The notes under the pieces: model-generated | The model's database searches: none | What the model saw: the letters and a program-made list of their open reading frames with translations, nothing else | What the model was told of the DNA's origin: nothing | Shown: positions 49,517-60,262 of the stretch, in pieces | Position numbering within the stretch: the stretch's first letter is position 1 | Layout of the letters: the number at the start of each line of letters is the position of its first letter | Assembly: GCF_035572195.1 (NCBI RefSeq) | Contig: NZ_DATNBA010000133.1 | Coordinates: forward strand, 7,021 to 71,020 | Source: Hyphomicrobium sp. | Lineage (GTDB): Bacteria > Pseudomonadota > Alphaproteobacteria > Rhizobiales > Hyphomicrobiaceae | Direction: 5' to 3' | DNA: 64,000 bases | Made by a program: the position numbers and the translations under genes

Positions 49517-50995
49517 ATGACAGCACAAAACGCTTTTTCGCCGATCGCAGGAACCGCGGAATTTACCGCTGATGGAGAGACTGTTCTTGCGTGCCAACTG
49601 CTGGTTCTAGGCGCAGGCCCAGGCGGCTACTCTGCGGCCTTCCGCGCCAGCGATCTCGGTATCGCGACGGTTCTCGTCGATCAAAGGCCGACGCTTGGCG
49701 GCGTGTGCCTGAACGTCGGATGCATCCCTTCCAAGGCCTTGCTTCACACGATGGCCGTTGTCGACGCCGCCAACGCTCTATCGGCCCAAGGCATTGCGTT
49801 TGGCGCGCCGCAGATCGACGCGACGAAACTCGCGGCCCATAAGGACGCCGTTGTCAAAAAGCTGACGGACGGTCTCGCTGCGATGGCCAAAGCACGCAAG
49901 GTGCGGGTCATTCAAGGAACCGGACGCTTTCGCGATCCGCATCATCTCGAGGTGGCAGCCGCCGATGGCGATGCCCCCAAAATCGTCCGCTTCGAGTCCG
50001 CCATCATCGCCGCCGGTTCCGAAGCTGCAACCTTGCCCTTTGTTCCGAGCGATCCGCGCATCGTCGATTCGACCGGCGCCCTCGAGTTGCGGGCCGTCCC
50101 GAAGAAAATGCTGGTTCTTGGTGGCGGCATCATCGGGCTTGAAATGGCGACCGTCTATTCCGTCTTGGGCGCGCGGGTTGACGTCGTCGAGATGCTCGAC
50201 GGCCTGATGCCGGGCGCCGATCGCGATCTCGTCGCCGTCTGGCAAAAAATGAATGCGTCGCGTTTCGATAGGATCATGCTGAAGACGAAGGCGGTCGCAA
50301 TTGATGCGAAATTGGATGGCATCCATGTAGAATTCGCAGGCGAAGCGGCGCCCGAGCAGCCGCAGCGCTACGATCTGATTTTGGTGGCCGTCGGCAGGCA
50401 GCCGAACGGCAAGCGAATCGCCGCAGAAAAGGCTGGCGTCGATATTAGCGACAAGGGCTTCATCGCCGTAGACCGGCAGATGCGCACGAACGCCCACCAC
50501 ATCTACGCGATCGGCGACATCGTCGGCGAGCCGATGCTCGCACACAAGGCCGTGCATCAAGGACACGTGGCCGCCGAGAACGCCGCCGGAGGAAAAAGCT
50601 TTTTCGATGCGCGCCAAATTCCGTCCGTTGCCTACACCGATCCGGAAATCGCCTGGACGGGTCTGACGGAGCAGGACGCCAAGGCCCGCAATGTCGCTTT
50701 CAAGAAAGCCGTCTTCCCGTGGGTGGCGTCGGGGCGCGCACTGGCCAACGGCCGTGCGGAAGGATTGACCAAACTTCTTTTCGATCCCGAAACGCACCGG
50801 CTGCTGGGCGGAGCCATCGTAGGGACGCATGCGGGCGATTTGATCGCCGAAATCTGCTTGGGGCTGGAACTTGGAGCAGACGCCACCGACATCGGTAGGA
50901 CGATCCTGCCTCATCCGACGCTATCGGAAACGATTGGTATGTCCGCTGAAGCCTTCGAGGGGGTATGTACGGATTTGCTGCCAGCTTCGCGATAA
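49517..50995 (+). CDS. lpdA: Dihydrolipoamide dehydrogenase E3
   Basis: GAGPGG, GGVCLNVGCIPSK, GGGIIG, HPTLSE. Confidence 0.95.
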   Translation: MTAQNAFSPIAGTAEFTADGETVLACQLLVLGAGPGGYSAAFRASDLGIATVLVDQRPTLGGVCLNVGCIPSKALLHTMAVVDAANALSAQGIAFGAPQIDATKLAAHKDAVVKKLTDGLAAMAKARKVRVIQGTGRFRDPHHLEVAAADGDAPKIVRFESAIIAAGSEAATLPFVPSDPRIVDSTGALELRAVPKKMLVLGGGIIGLEMATVYSVLGARVDVVEMLDGLMPGADRDLVAVWQKMNASRFDRIMLKTKAVAIDAKLDGIHVEFAGEAAPEQPQRYDLILVAVGRQPNGKRIAAEKAGVDISDKGFIAVDRQMRTNAHHIYAIGDIVGEPMLAHKAVHQGHVAAENAAGGKSFFDARQIPSVAYTDPEIAWTGLTEQDAKARNVAFKKAVFPWVASGRALANGRAEGLTKLLFDPETHRLLGGAIVGTHAGDLIAEICLGLELGADATDIGRTILPHPTLSETIGMSAEAFEGVCTDLLPASR

Positions 50996-51192
50996 TTTGC
51001 CGGAGTGGTGCAGGATCGTCGCACAGGGAGAGTGCGCCGCTGCTACAAATTCAGCCAATTTTATGGGCTAACCCTCTTTGACTCGGCCGCTGTGACACGG
51101 AGTTGCGCTGCACAACGGTGTGGGCTAACACCGTGCCCGTATGCTGCGTATATAATGTGTCAGCGGGTCCGCTGCCGTCCGGACGAGATGCG

Positions 51193-51561
51193 ATGAACGA
51201 CCTTCTCACTACGCAATACCTGCCGATCGCGATTTTCATCGGCGTCGCGCTGTTCATCGGCGCAGCCCTGATGGTCGCGCCGTTCCTCGTCGCCGTCAGA
51301 AATCCCGATCCCGAAAAGGTTTCGGCCTACGAATGCGGCTTCAACGCCTTTGACGATGCGCGCATGAAGTTCGACGTACGCTACTATCTCGTGTCGATCC
51401 TGTTCATCATTTTCGACCTCGAGATCGCGTTTCTCTTTCCCTGGGCGGTTGCGTTCAAGGAAGTCGGCCTCTTTGGTTTCTGGTCGATGATGGCCTTCCT
51501 GGGCGTGCTCACCATCGGCTTTATCTACGAATGGAAGAAGGGCGCCCTTGAATGGGAGTGA
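51193..51561 (+). CDS. nuoA: NADH-quinone oxidoreductase subunit A
   Basis: [26 protein letters not shown]; start ATG 51193. Confidence 0.96.
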   Translation: MNDLLTTQYLPIAIFIGVALFIGAALMVAPFLVAVRNPDPEKVSAYECGFNAFDDARMKFDVRYYLVSILFIIFDLEIAFLFPWAVAFKEVGLFGFWSMMAFLGVLTIGFIYEWKKGALEWE

Positions 51562-52145
51562 TCCGCGCTGATGAAGGATTTGGCGGTCTGGTGTTCGACC
51601 GGGCGCGCGAAGGTATGCCAGGTGGAGCTTTGCCCGCGGAGCGTAGCGCCGACGATCCATTCTTAACCGGCGTCTCCAACGAGCTTGCCGACAAGGGTTT
51701 TCTTGTCACCACGACGGACGATCTGATCAACTGGGCACGGACCGGGTCCCTCATGTGGATGACGTTCGGCCTGGCGTGCTGCGCGGTCGAAATGATGCAG
51801 GCTTCGATGCCGCGCTACGATCTAGAGAGATTCGGGTTCGCGCCGCGCGCCTCGCCCCGCCAATCTGACGTGATGATCGTCGCCGGCACGCTGACCAACA
51901 AGATGGCCCCGGCCTTGCGGAAGGTCTATGACCAGATGCCTGAGCCCCGCTACGTCATTTCGATGGGGAGCTGCGCCAACGGCGGCGGCTACTATCATTA
52001 TTCCTACGCCGTCGTACGCGGATGCGACCGTATCGTGCCGGTCGATGTCTACGTGCCGGGTTGCCCGCCGACCGCAGAGGCGCTGGTTTATGGCGTGCTG
52101 CTGTTGCAGCGGAAAATCCGCAGGACGGGTACGATCGAGCGTTAG
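51552..52145 (+). CDS. nuoB: NADH-quinone oxidoreductase subunit B
   Basis: [22 protein letters not shown]. Confidence 0.97.
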   Translation: MGVIRADEGFGGLVFDRAREGMPGGALPAERSADDPFLTGVSNELADKGFLVTTTDDLINWARTGSLMWMTFGLACCAVEMMQASMPRYDLERFGFAPRASPRQSDVMIVAGTLTNKMAPALRKVYDQMPEPRYVISMGSCANGGGYYHYSYAVVRGCDRIVPVDVYVPGCPPTAEALVYGVLLLQRKIRRTGTIER

Positions 52146-52183
52146 GCGAGGGTAAGCGGTCTCGAAACATCGGATACGACAAC

Positions 52184-52789
52184 ATGCCGGCTGCGCTGAA
52201 CGATCTTGCTGCACACATTTCAGATCGCCTCGGGTCGAGCGTCACATCGACGTCGTGTGCGTATGATCAGCTGACACTGACGGTTGCGCGCGACAGTATC
52301 GTCGAAGTGCTGACCCTGCTGCGCGACGATCCCGGCTGCAAATTCGAAGTGCTGATCGATATCTGCGGCGTCGACTATCCCGAACGCAAAGAGCGCTTCG
52401 ACGTCGTCTACCACCTCCTGTCGCCGCGCCTCAATCAGCGGGTGCGAGTCAAAATCACGACTGACGAGGCGACTCCCGTTGCGAGCGTCAACAACGTGTT
52501 TCCGGCGGCGAACTGGTATGAGCGCGAGGCCTACGACCTCTACGGAATCCGCTTCACCGGACACCCCGACCTTCGCCGCATCCTGACCGATTACGGCTTT
52601 CAGGGCTATCCGATGCGAAAGGACTTTCCGCTGACCGGCTACGTCGAGGTGCGATATGACGACGAGAAGAAACGCGTCGTCTACGAGCCGGTCAAGCTGA
52701 CCCAGGAATTTCGCGAATTTGATTTCGAAAGCCCGTGGGAAGGTCCGAACTACGTGCTTCCGGGGGACGAGAAAGCTGGTCGCGCGTAA
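52184..52789 (+). CDS. nuoC: NADH-quinone oxidoreductase subunit C
   Basis: [34 protein letters not shown]; start ATG 52184. Confidence 0.96.
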   Translation: MPAALNDLAAHISDRLGSSVTSTSCAYDQLTLTVARDSIVEVLTLLRDDPGCKFEVLIDICGVDYPERKERFDVVYHLLSPRLNQRVRVKITTDEATPVASVNNVFPAANWYEREAYDLYGIRFTGHPDLRRILTDYGFQGYPMRKDFPLTGYVEVRYDDEKKRVVYEPVKLTQEFREFDFESPWEGPNYVLPGDEKAGRA

Positions 52790-52875
52790 TGCCAGCCGCG
52801 CGGCGCTGCTGATCGACGATCTTTTCGTGCGCGACCTGTCGAAAGCTAAAATTGAATCTTAAATCCGGGGCAGGA

Positions 52876-53175
52876 ATGGAATTCGAAGCCGGGCTGGTGG
52901 TCTCGTTCGTGCTGATGATCGCCGCATTCGTGGTCGATTGGCCGCGAGCGCTCGCGGGTTTGGCATTCGGCGCAATCAGCCGTTACTTGCCCTATGGGAC
53001 GATCGTCGTTCCGACGGGCGTGATCGTCCTGGCGGCGGCAGGAGAATTCATTTACCCGGAGATCGGGCGCACCGCGCACCCAAGCCTCTACTCGTTCGCG
53101 ATTGGGCTCTTTTCGGTCGCCGCGACGGCTTCAAATATCTATATAACGATACGCAACTTTAAGGACAGGCTGTGA
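52876..53175 (+). CDS. Small hydrophobic membrane protein inserted in the nuo operon
   Basis: 99-aa hydrophobic ORF; stop abuts the thioesterase gene. Confidence 0.7.
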   Translation: MEFEAGLVVSFVLMIAAFVVDWPRALAGLAFGAISRYLPYGTIVVPTGVIVLAAAGEFIYPEIGRTAHPSLYSFAIGLFSVAATASNIYITIRNFKDRL

Positions 53176-53186
53176 GGGCCTCGCCG

Positions 53187-53636
53187 GTGAAACCTACGCT
53201 CCGTGCAGGTGCCAGCACGCAGTTTTCGTTTCGCGTTCCCGCGACGAAGACGGTGCCGCATCTCTTTCCCGAGGCGCGCGAGTTCCAGCTGATGCCGACC
53301 GTCTTCGCGACCGGCTTCATGGTGGGACTGATGGAATGGACGTGCCTCAATCTCGTGGCGCCGCATCTCGACGAGGGCGAGGGATCTCTCGGCGTCCACA
53401 TCAACGTGTCGCATATTGCCGCGACCGTTCCGGGCCAGACCGTGACGGTCGATGCCGAATGTACCAAGGTCGAAGGCCGCCGGCTCTACTTCCATGTTAA
53501 AGCGCACGATGGCATAGACCTCATCGGCGAAGGCGAGCATCAGCGCATGGTCGTCGAGTGGGACAAGTACGAACAGCGCGTCAATGAAAAGGCCAAGAAG
53601 GCGCGGCTCGCTCCAATCACACGCGGAACAGTTTAA
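53187..53636 (+). CDS. Hot-dog-fold thioesterase (fluoroacetyl-CoA thioesterase FlK-like)
   Basis: VFATGFMVGLME (Thr, Glu), SLGVHINVSHIAAT (His), IGEGEHQR; GTG start 53187 or 53172. Confidence 0.85.
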   Translation: MKPTLRAGASTQFSFRVPATKTVPHLFPEAREFQLMPTVFATGFMVGLMEWTCLNLVAPHLDEGEGSLGVHINVSHIAATVPGQTVTVDAECTKVEGRRLYFHVKAHDGIDLIGEGEHQRMVVEWDKYEQRVNEKAKKARLAPITRGTV

Positions 53637-54827
53637 ATGGCCGAAACCGAAATTCGTAATTTCAACATCAACTTTGGGCCGCAGCATCCGGCGGCGCATG
53701 GCGTGTTGCGTCTCGTGCTCGAGCTCGATGGCGAAGTTGTCGAGCGCGTCGATCCGCATATTGGCCTGTTGCATCGCGGCACCGAAAAGCTGATCGAGCA
53801 CAAGACCTATCTGCAGGCGATCGGGTATTTCGACCGGCTCGACTACGTCGCGCCGATGAACCAGGAACACGCGTTCTGCCTGGCGGCTGAAAAGCTGTTG
53901 GAACTCGACGTTCCGCGCCGTGCCCAGCTCATCCGCGTGCTCTATTCGGAAATCGGACGCATCCTGTCGCATCTTTTGAACGTTACGACGCAGGCGATGG
54001 ACGTCGGTGCTCTGACCCCGCCGCTTTGGGGCTTTGAAGAGCGCGAGAAGCTGATGGTATTTTACGAGCGCGCGTCGGGCTCGCGAATGCACGCGAAATA
54101 TTTCCGCATGGGCGGCGTGCACCAGGATTTGCCGCCGAAGCTCATCGACGACATTTACGCGTGGTGCGATCCGTTTCTGAAGGTCGTCGAGGACATTGAC
54201 ATCCTTCTGACGGAGAACCGCATTTTTAAGCAGCGCAATGTCGACATCGGCGTCGTGTCGCTCGATGACGCGTTCGCGCTGGGCTTTTCCGGCGTGATGG
54301 TGCGCGGCTCCGGTGCGGCATGGGATCTGCGCAAGGCGCAGCCCTATGAGTGCTATGCCGATCTCGACTTCGACATTCCGATCGGTAAGAACGGCGATTG
54401 CTATGATCGCTACCTGATCCGCATGCAGGAAATGCGCGAATCCACGAAGATCATGAAGCAGTGCTGCGAACGATTGAGATCCGCCGAGGGTCAGGGCCCG
54501 CATGTCACGGAAAACAAGAAGATCGTTCCGCCGAAGCGGGCCGAGATGAAGCGCTCGATGGAAGCGCTGATCCACCACTTCAAGCTCTATACCGAAGGCT
54601 TCCACGTTCCGGCAGGAGAGGTCTACGCCGCAGTCGAAGCACCGAAGGGGGAATTCGGCGTCTATCTCGTCGCTGATGGGTCAAACAAGCCCTATCGCTG
54701 CAAAATCCGCGCGCCCGGATTTCCACACCTCGCCGCAATGGACTTCATCAATCGCGGCCACATGCTGGCCGACGTCTCGGCCATTCTTGGCTCCCTCGAC
54801 ATCGTTTTTGGCGAAATCGACCGGTAG
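53637..54827 (+). CDS. nuoD: NADH-quinone oxidoreductase subunit D
   Basis: [38 protein letters not shown]. Confidence 0.98.
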   Translation: MAETEIRNFNINFGPQHPAAHGVLRLVLELDGEVVERVDPHIGLLHRGTEKLIEHKTYLQAIGYFDRLDYVAPMNQEHAFCLAAEKLLELDVPRRAQLIRVLYSEIGRILSHLLNVTTQAMDVGALTPPLWGFEEREKLMVFYERASGSRMHAKYFRMGGVHQDLPPKLIDDIYAWCDPFLKVVEDIDILLTENRIFKQRNVDIGVVSLDDAFALGFSGVMVRGSGAAWDLRKAQPYECYADLDFDIPIGKNGDCYDRYLIRMQEMRESTKIMKQCCERLRSAEGQGPHVTENKKIVPPKRAEMKRSMEALIHHFKLYTEGFHVPAGEVYAAVEAPKGEFGVYLVADGSNKPYRCKIRAPGFPHLAAMDFINRGHMLADVSAILGSLDIVFGEIDR

Positions 54828-54939
54828 GGGCGCCGCGCGGGAGGCCAAAGCTATCTTCAACCGTGTCTAGCGCCCGCCACGAAGTCCTGGCAGAAGTGTG
54901 CCCTGGTCCTCCGGTTCGCTGGCTTTGGAGAGGCAACGC

Positions 54940-55419
54940 ATGGTGCCCGGTGCTGCCCCGATGGTCGACAATTTGTTCCTGCTGGCCGTTGCGGCGCTCG
55001 GCTGGGGCCTGAGCCTCGCCACGTACCGCCTGTTTGCGCGGTCGAAAGGCTGGCCGATGGGTGCGCTTCAGACCGACTTGCCCTTCGTCCCGGTTCTGAT
55101 CGGACTTGCCGGCCTCTTCTCCGGATTGCTTTTTGCGACGGCACGGGGCGCCGGCGATGGCGGCTGGATGATTATCGCGCTGGGTCTCGTCTTCGCCGCT
55201 GTCTGGACAGGGTTTCTGCGCGTCGGCTCGCAACTCGCACTGTTCCTGGCCCCCATCGCGACGTTCCTGTTGCTGCTCGGGTGGCTTGCGGGCCCCCTTG
55301 GTTTCTCCGAACGCCAGTGGGCGACCGAGCGCGCGTCGGAAGCGCCGCAGCGTCGCGGGATTATGAACCCCGAACCAACTCTCCCGTCGACTGGTGCTAC
55401 GGCTGGAACCACACCATGA
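54940..55419 (+). CDS. Membrane protein inserted between nuoD and nuoE
   Basis: GGAGAGG RBS before ATG 54940; about four hydrophobic helices and a polar tail. Confidence 0.72.
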   Translation: MVPGAAPMVDNLFLLAVAALGWGLSLATYRLFARSKGWPMGALQTDLPFVPVLIGLAGLFSGLLFATARGAGDGGWMIIALGLVFAAVWTGFLRVGSQLALFLAPIATFLLLLGWLAGPLGFSERQWATERASEAPQRRGIMNPEPTLPSTGATAGTTP

Positions 55420-55659
55420 GTGCAATGTGAGCCGAGTGCACGAAGGTCGCGCTTTTCGTCGCACGTGACCATTGATTTCCGCCGTGGCTTGCGGCTTTCT
55501 CCGGATCACTAAAACCTTGCTCAGCTGTCATGTTCCACGTACTGGACCGTGTTGATGCCGGAGGGTTAATGTCCTGCCGCAGAGTCGATGTGGGCGTAAC
55601 GGACTGACGTGGCCGCGTTATGATTCGCTGCGACACGACTGACGTTCGAGGAGCCATAG

Positions 55660-56868
55660 ATGGCCGTTCGCCGATTGCATCCCGATCAGCCTCCGCAGTT
55701 CGCTTTCACGGCGGAAAATCTTGCGTGGGCGCATGCGACGATTGCCAAGTATCCGCCCGGCAAAGAAGCGTCCGCCGTTCTTCCGCTGATGTGGCGCGCT
55801 CAAGAGCAGTGCGGCGGCTGGCTTCCCGAGCCCGCAATCCGTGCCGTCTGCGATCTGCTCGACATGGCCTATATTCGCGGCATCGAAATCGCGACGTTCT
55901 ATACGATGTTTCAACTTGCGCCGGTCGGCAGCAAGGCCCACGTGCAGGTGTGTGGCACCACGCCGTGCATGTTGCGTGGTTCGCGCGATCTGGTCGCTGT
56001 CTGCAAACGGCGCATCGGGGAGCATCAGCACGTTCCGAGCGCCGACGGCACGCTCTCTTGGGAAGAGGTCGAGTGCATCGGCGTCTGCGCCAATGCGCCG
56101 GTCGTTCAGATCGGCAGCGACACGTTTGAGGATTTGACGCCGAAACAGCTCGAGGTCGTGCTGAACGGCTTCGTATCGGGCAAGCCGCCGAAGCCAGGGT
56201 CTCAGATCGGGCGCAAGGCATCGTGCCCCGAGACAGGTCCGACGACATTGACTGACGAAACGCTCTATGACGGATCGACGATCGGCGCCTGGAAAAAGCG
56301 CTTCGAAGAAACGTCGGGAGGCGGCGACGGTGCCGCCGAAACGACGCCGCCCTCGGCGCTGGCATCTCCGGCGCACAAAGCTGCCGTCGCCGAAGGCGTA
56401 TCGCCGTCGTCGCCTGGTCAAGCCGCCAAGCCGCAGCCTCATCCCGCGGCTCTTACAGCAATGGCCAACGCCGGCCTCATCAAAGACCTCGAGGCAAGAG
56501 GCACGGGCAAGCCGCTCTCGGCCGGCGAACTCGACAAGATCAAAGCCGACATGCGCCGCGGCAAGGTCGTGACTGCGCCCGGCACGCATCGTCAGCCCGA
56601 GCTGTTGAAACAGCCGCGCGGCGGCAAGGCCGACGATCTGTCGTTGATCTGGGGCGTCGCCGATAAGTTGGCCGAAAAGCTCAATACCATGGGCATCTGG
56701 CACTTCGAGCAGATCGCGAAGTGGACGCCCGAGGAGATCGCGTGGTTCGAAAGCCAAAACGATGGCTTCAAGGGCCGCGTCGCCCGCGACAAATGGATCG
56801 AGCAGGCACAGAAGCTGGCCTCGGGCTGGCGTCCGGACAGCAAAGCCGGTGAAAGGCCGAAGGGTTAG
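55660..56868 (+). CDS. nuoE: NADH-quinone oxidoreductase subunit E with long C-terminal extension
   Basis: CGTTPC...CIGVC [2Fe-2S] ligands; Ala/Pro linker and a terminal DDLSLIWGV...WIEQA domain. Confidence 0.95.
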   Translation: MAVRRLHPDQPPQFAFTAENLAWAHATIAKYPPGKEASAVLPLMWRAQEQCGGWLPEPAIRAVCDLLDMAYIRGIEIATFYTMFQLAPVGSKAHVQVCGTTPCMLRGSRDLVAVCKRRIGEHQHVPSADGTLSWEEVECIGVCANAPVVQIGSDTFEDLTPKQLEVVLNGFVSGKPPKPGSQIGRKASCPETGPTTLTDETLYDGSTIGAWKKRFEETSGGGDGAAETTPPSALASPAHKAAVAEGVSPSSPGQAAKPQPHPAALTAMANAGLIKDLEARGTGKPLSAGELDKIKADMRRGKVVTAPGTHRQPELLKQPRGGKADDLSLIWGVADKLAEKLNTMGIWHFEQIAKWTPEEIAWFESQNDGFKGRVARDKWIEQAQKLASGWRPDSKAGERPKG

Positions 56869-56873
56869 GGCGC

Positions 56874-58160
56874 ATGCTGCACGATCGCGATCGCATCTTC
56901 CGTAATATCTACGGATTCCATGACGTGAGCCTCAAGGGCGCGCGGCAGCGCGGCGCATGGGATGGCACGAAGTTTTTCATCGACAAGGGCCACGACTACA
57001 TCATCGACGAGGTCAAGAAATCGGGATTGCGGGGCCGTGGCGGCGCCGGGTTTCCGACGGGTCTCAAGTGGTCGTTCATGCCGAAGGCCGATTCTCGGCC
57101 GAGCTATGTCGTCATCAATGCCGATGAATCGGAGCCCGGTTCCTGCAAGGATCGAGAAATTCTACGCCACGATCCGCATCTGCTCATCGAAGGAGCGCTG
57201 CTCGCGTCCTTCGCGATGCGGGCGCATACAAGCTATGTCTACGTGCGCGGCGAATACATCCGCGAGCGCCAGGCGCTGCAACGCGCCATCGACGAAGCGT
57301 ATGATGCAAAGCTCATCGGCAAGGACAACATCCACGGCTGGGATTTTGATCTCGTCGTGCATCACGGCGCCGGCGCCTACATCTGCGGCGAAGAAACCGC
57401 GATGCTCGAAAGCCTTGAAGGCAAGAAGGGCCAGCCGCGTCTGAAGCCGCCGTTTCCGGCGAACGTCGGTCTCTACGGTGCACCGACGACGGTCAATAAC
57501 GTCGAAAGCATTGCGGTGGCCGGTGATATTCTGCGCCGCGGCTCGAGCTGGTTCGCGGCTCTCGGTCTTCCGAACAACACCGGCACGAAGCTGTTTCAGA
57601 TTTCCGGCCACGTCGAGCGTCCGTGCGTCGTCGAAGAGGAAATGGGTATTCCTCTGAAAGACCTGATCGACAAGCACTGCGGCGGTATTCGCGGCGGCTG
57701 GGACAACCTGCTCGCCGTCATTCCCGGCGGCTCGTCTGTTCGTTGCATCACGGCGGAACAGGCGATGGACGTCACGATGGATTTCGACGCGCTGGGCAAG
57801 CTCGGTTCGGGCCTCGGCACCGCAGCCGTTATAGTCATGGATAAATCGACCGACATCATCGGCGCGATCCGCCGCATCGCCTATTTCTACAAGCACGAGA
57901 GCTGCGGCCAGTGCACGCCGTGCCGTGAAGGCACCGGCTGGATGTGGCGCGTGCTCGAACGGATGGAACGTGGCGAGGCCGAAAAACGCGAGATCGATTT
58001 GTTGCTCGACGTGACGAAACAGGTCGAAGGTCACACGATCTGCGCTCTCGGCGACGCGGCGGCGTGGCCGGTGCAGGGCTTGATCAAGAACTTCCGTCCG
58101 GTCATCGAAGCGCGCATCGATCAGTATCAAGCAAAGCACACGCGCGAGGCGGCAGAGTAG
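56874..58160 (+). CDS. nuoF: NADH-quinone oxidoreductase subunit F
   Basis: [43 protein letters not shown]...C. Confidence 0.98.
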   Translation: MLHDRDRIFRNIYGFHDVSLKGARQRGAWDGTKFFIDKGHDYIIDEVKKSGLRGRGGAGFPTGLKWSFMPKADSRPSYVVINADESEPGSCKDREILRHDPHLLIEGALLASFAMRAHTSYVYVRGEYIRERQALQRAIDEAYDAKLIGKDNIHGWDFDLVVHHGAGAYICGEETAMLESLEGKKGQPRLKPPFPANVGLYGAPTTVNNVESIAVAGDILRRGSSWFAALGLPNNTGTKLFQISGHVERPCVVEEEMGIPLKDLIDKHCGGIRGGWDNLLAVIPGGSSVRCITAEQAMDVTMDFDALGKLGSGLGTAAVIVMDKSTDIIGAIRRIAYFYKHESCGQCTPCREGTGWMWRVLERMERGEAEKREIDLLLDVTKQVEGHTICALGDAAAWPVQGLIKNFRPVIEARIDQYQAKHTREAAE

Positions 58161-58162
58161 AC

Positions 58163-60256
58163 ATGCCAAAGCAACTCATCGTCGACGGCAAGACCATAGA
58201 GGTCGAGGATGGCACGACCCTGATGCATGCTTGCGAGATGGCGGGCGCGGTCATTCCGCGTTTCTGCTATCACGAGCGCCTGTCGATCGCCGGCAACTGC
58301 CGCATGTGCCTCGTCGAGGTCCAGGGATCGCCGAAGCCGATTGCGAGCTGCGCGATGCTCGTCAACGATCTGCCACCGAACAGGGACGGCAGCCCGAAAA
58401 TCGTCAACACCACGACGCCGCTCGTCAAAAAAGCGCGCGAAGGGGTGATGGAGTTTCTGCTCATCAATCACCCGCTCGATTGCCCTATTTGCGATCAGGG
58501 CGGTGAGTGCGATCTGCAGGATCAGGCCATTGCCTTCGGCATGGGAGGCTCGCGCTACCGCGAGAACAAGCGCGCCGTCGAAGAAAAGTACATCGGTCCG
58601 CTGATCAAGACGATCATGACACGCTGCATCCATTGCACGCGCTGCGTTCGCTACATGACGGAAGTCGCAGGCGTCGAAGAGCTTGGCCTCATCGGGCGCG
58701 GCGAAGATGCCGAGATCACGACCTATCTTGATCGCGGCATTTTCTCGGAAATGAGCGCCAACGTCGTCGATCTCTGTCCCGTCGGGGCGTTGACGCATCG
58801 GCCGTGGGCCTTTGCCGCGCGCCCTTGGGAAATGGACTCGACTGAAACCATTGACGTCATGGACGCGCTCGGCTCTGCCATCCGCGTCGATACCCGCGGC
58901 AGCGCCGTCATGCGCATCCTGCCACGCAACAACGATGCGGTGAACGAGGAATGGATTTCCGACAAGACGCGCCACGTTGCTGACGGCCTCAAGATCCAAA
59001 GGCTCGATCAGCCGTACGTGCGCAACGGCGGCCGGCTGGAGCCGGCAAGCTGGGATCAGGCGCTGACCCTTGTCGCCGGGAGGCTCAAAGCCGCCAAGCC
59101 CGAAAAGATCGGTGCCATTGCAGGCGATCTTGCTGGTGCCGAGGAAATGTTCGCGGTCAAGGATTTGCTCGGCCGCTTCGGCGCCACATCGTTCGACTGC
59201 CGGCAGGCCGGTGAAAAGCTCGATCCGAAGCTCGGGCGCGCCGGCTATCTTTTCAATTCATCGATCGAAGGCATCGAGCAGGCCGACGCGATTTTGATCG
59301 TCGGCTCCAATCCTAAACTTGAAGCGCCGGTTCTCAATGCTCGCATCCGCAAGCGTTGGCGCGCTGCAGACATAAAAATCGCCCTCATCGGCGCCAAGGT
59401 CGATCTTGCCTACCCCTACGAATATTTGGGTGCCGGGCCGGATACCCTTGAACAGATCGCAAACGGCAAGCACGCGTTCGCGAATGTATTGAAGGGCGTT
59501 GCCCATCCGATGGTGATCGTGGGACAAGGCGCACACGCGCGCTCCGACGGTCTCGCCATACTGTCGCTCGCCGCGCGTCTTCTGCTCGCGGCTTCTGCGG
59601 GCAAGGAAGCGTCGTGGAACGGCTTCAACATTCTCCACACCGCGGCCGCACGGGTCGCAGGACTTGATCTCGGGTTCGTGCCGGGTAAGGGCGGCAAGGA
59701 CGTCGCCGGCATTCTGGGCTCCGGCATGGATTTCGTGTATCTGCTCGGCGCCGACGAGTGCGATCTCTCGCGGCTCGGTTCTGCTTTCGTCGTCTATCAG
59801 GGAAGTAACGGCGACCGGGGCGCGGAGCGCGCCGACGTCGTCTTTCCGGCTGCCGCCTATACGGAAAAGAGCGCCACGTACGTCAACACTGAAGGGCGCG
59901 CGCAGCAGACGGTGAGGGCCGTCTATCCGCCCGGCAGCGCCAAGGAAGACTGGAAAATCCTCAGAGAATTGTCGCAGCGCGCCGGCAATACATTACCCTA
60001 TGATACAATTACCGAGCTTCGAGCGGCGATGTATCGCTCCGCCCCGCAACTCGCCGCCCTCAATACCGTCGAGGCGCGCGCGGCGTCCGGATTGGAGACG
60101 CTCGCCAAACTGTCGGGCCGGCCGGGACCGGAACCTTTTGCGTCGGTCATCGCCGACTTCTATCTGACGAACCCGATCGCTCGCGCCTCCGCTGTAATGG
60201 CCGGTATGAGCGCGCTCAGAAGCTCACACGAACAGAAACTCAGCGCAGCGGAATAG
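58163..60256 (+). CDS. nuoG: NADH-quinone oxidoreductase subunit G
   Basis: RFCYH...GNCRMC, HPLDCPICDQGGEC, CIHCTRC, CPVGAL; start ATG 58163. Confidence 0.97.
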   Translation: MPKQLIVDGKTIEVEDGTTLMHACEMAGAVIPRFCYHERLSIAGNCRMCLVEVQGSPKPIASCAMLVNDLPPNRDGSPKIVNTTTPLVKKAREGVMEFLLINHPLDCPICDQGGECDLQDQAIAFGMGGSRYRENKRAVEEKYIGPLIKTIMTRCIHCTRCVRYMTEVAGVEELGLIGRGEDAEITTYLDRGIFSEMSANVVDLCPVGALTHRPWAFAARPWEMDSTETIDVMDALGSAIRVDTRGSAVMRILPRNNDAVNEEWISDKTRHVADGLKIQRLDQPYVRNGGRLEPASWDQALTLVAGRLKAAKPEKIGAIAGDLAGAEEMFAVKDLLGRFGATSFDCRQAGEKLDPKLGRAGYLFNSSIEGIEQADAILIVGSNPKLEAPVLNARIRKRWRAADIKIALIGAKVDLAYPYEYLGAGPDTLEQIANGKHAFANVLKGVAHPMVIVGQGAHARSDGLAILSLAARLLLAASAGKEASWNGFNILHTAAARVAGLDLGFVPGKGGKDVAGILGSGMDFVYLLGADECDLSRLGSAFVVYQGSNGDRGAERADVVFPAAAYTEKSATYVNTEGRAQQTVRAVYPPGSAKEDWKILRELSQRAGNTLPYDTITELRAAMYRSAPQLAALNTVEARAASGLETLAKLSGRPGPEPFASVIADFYLTNPIARASAVMAGMSALRSSHEQKLSAAE

Positions 60257-60262
60257 AGGCAA

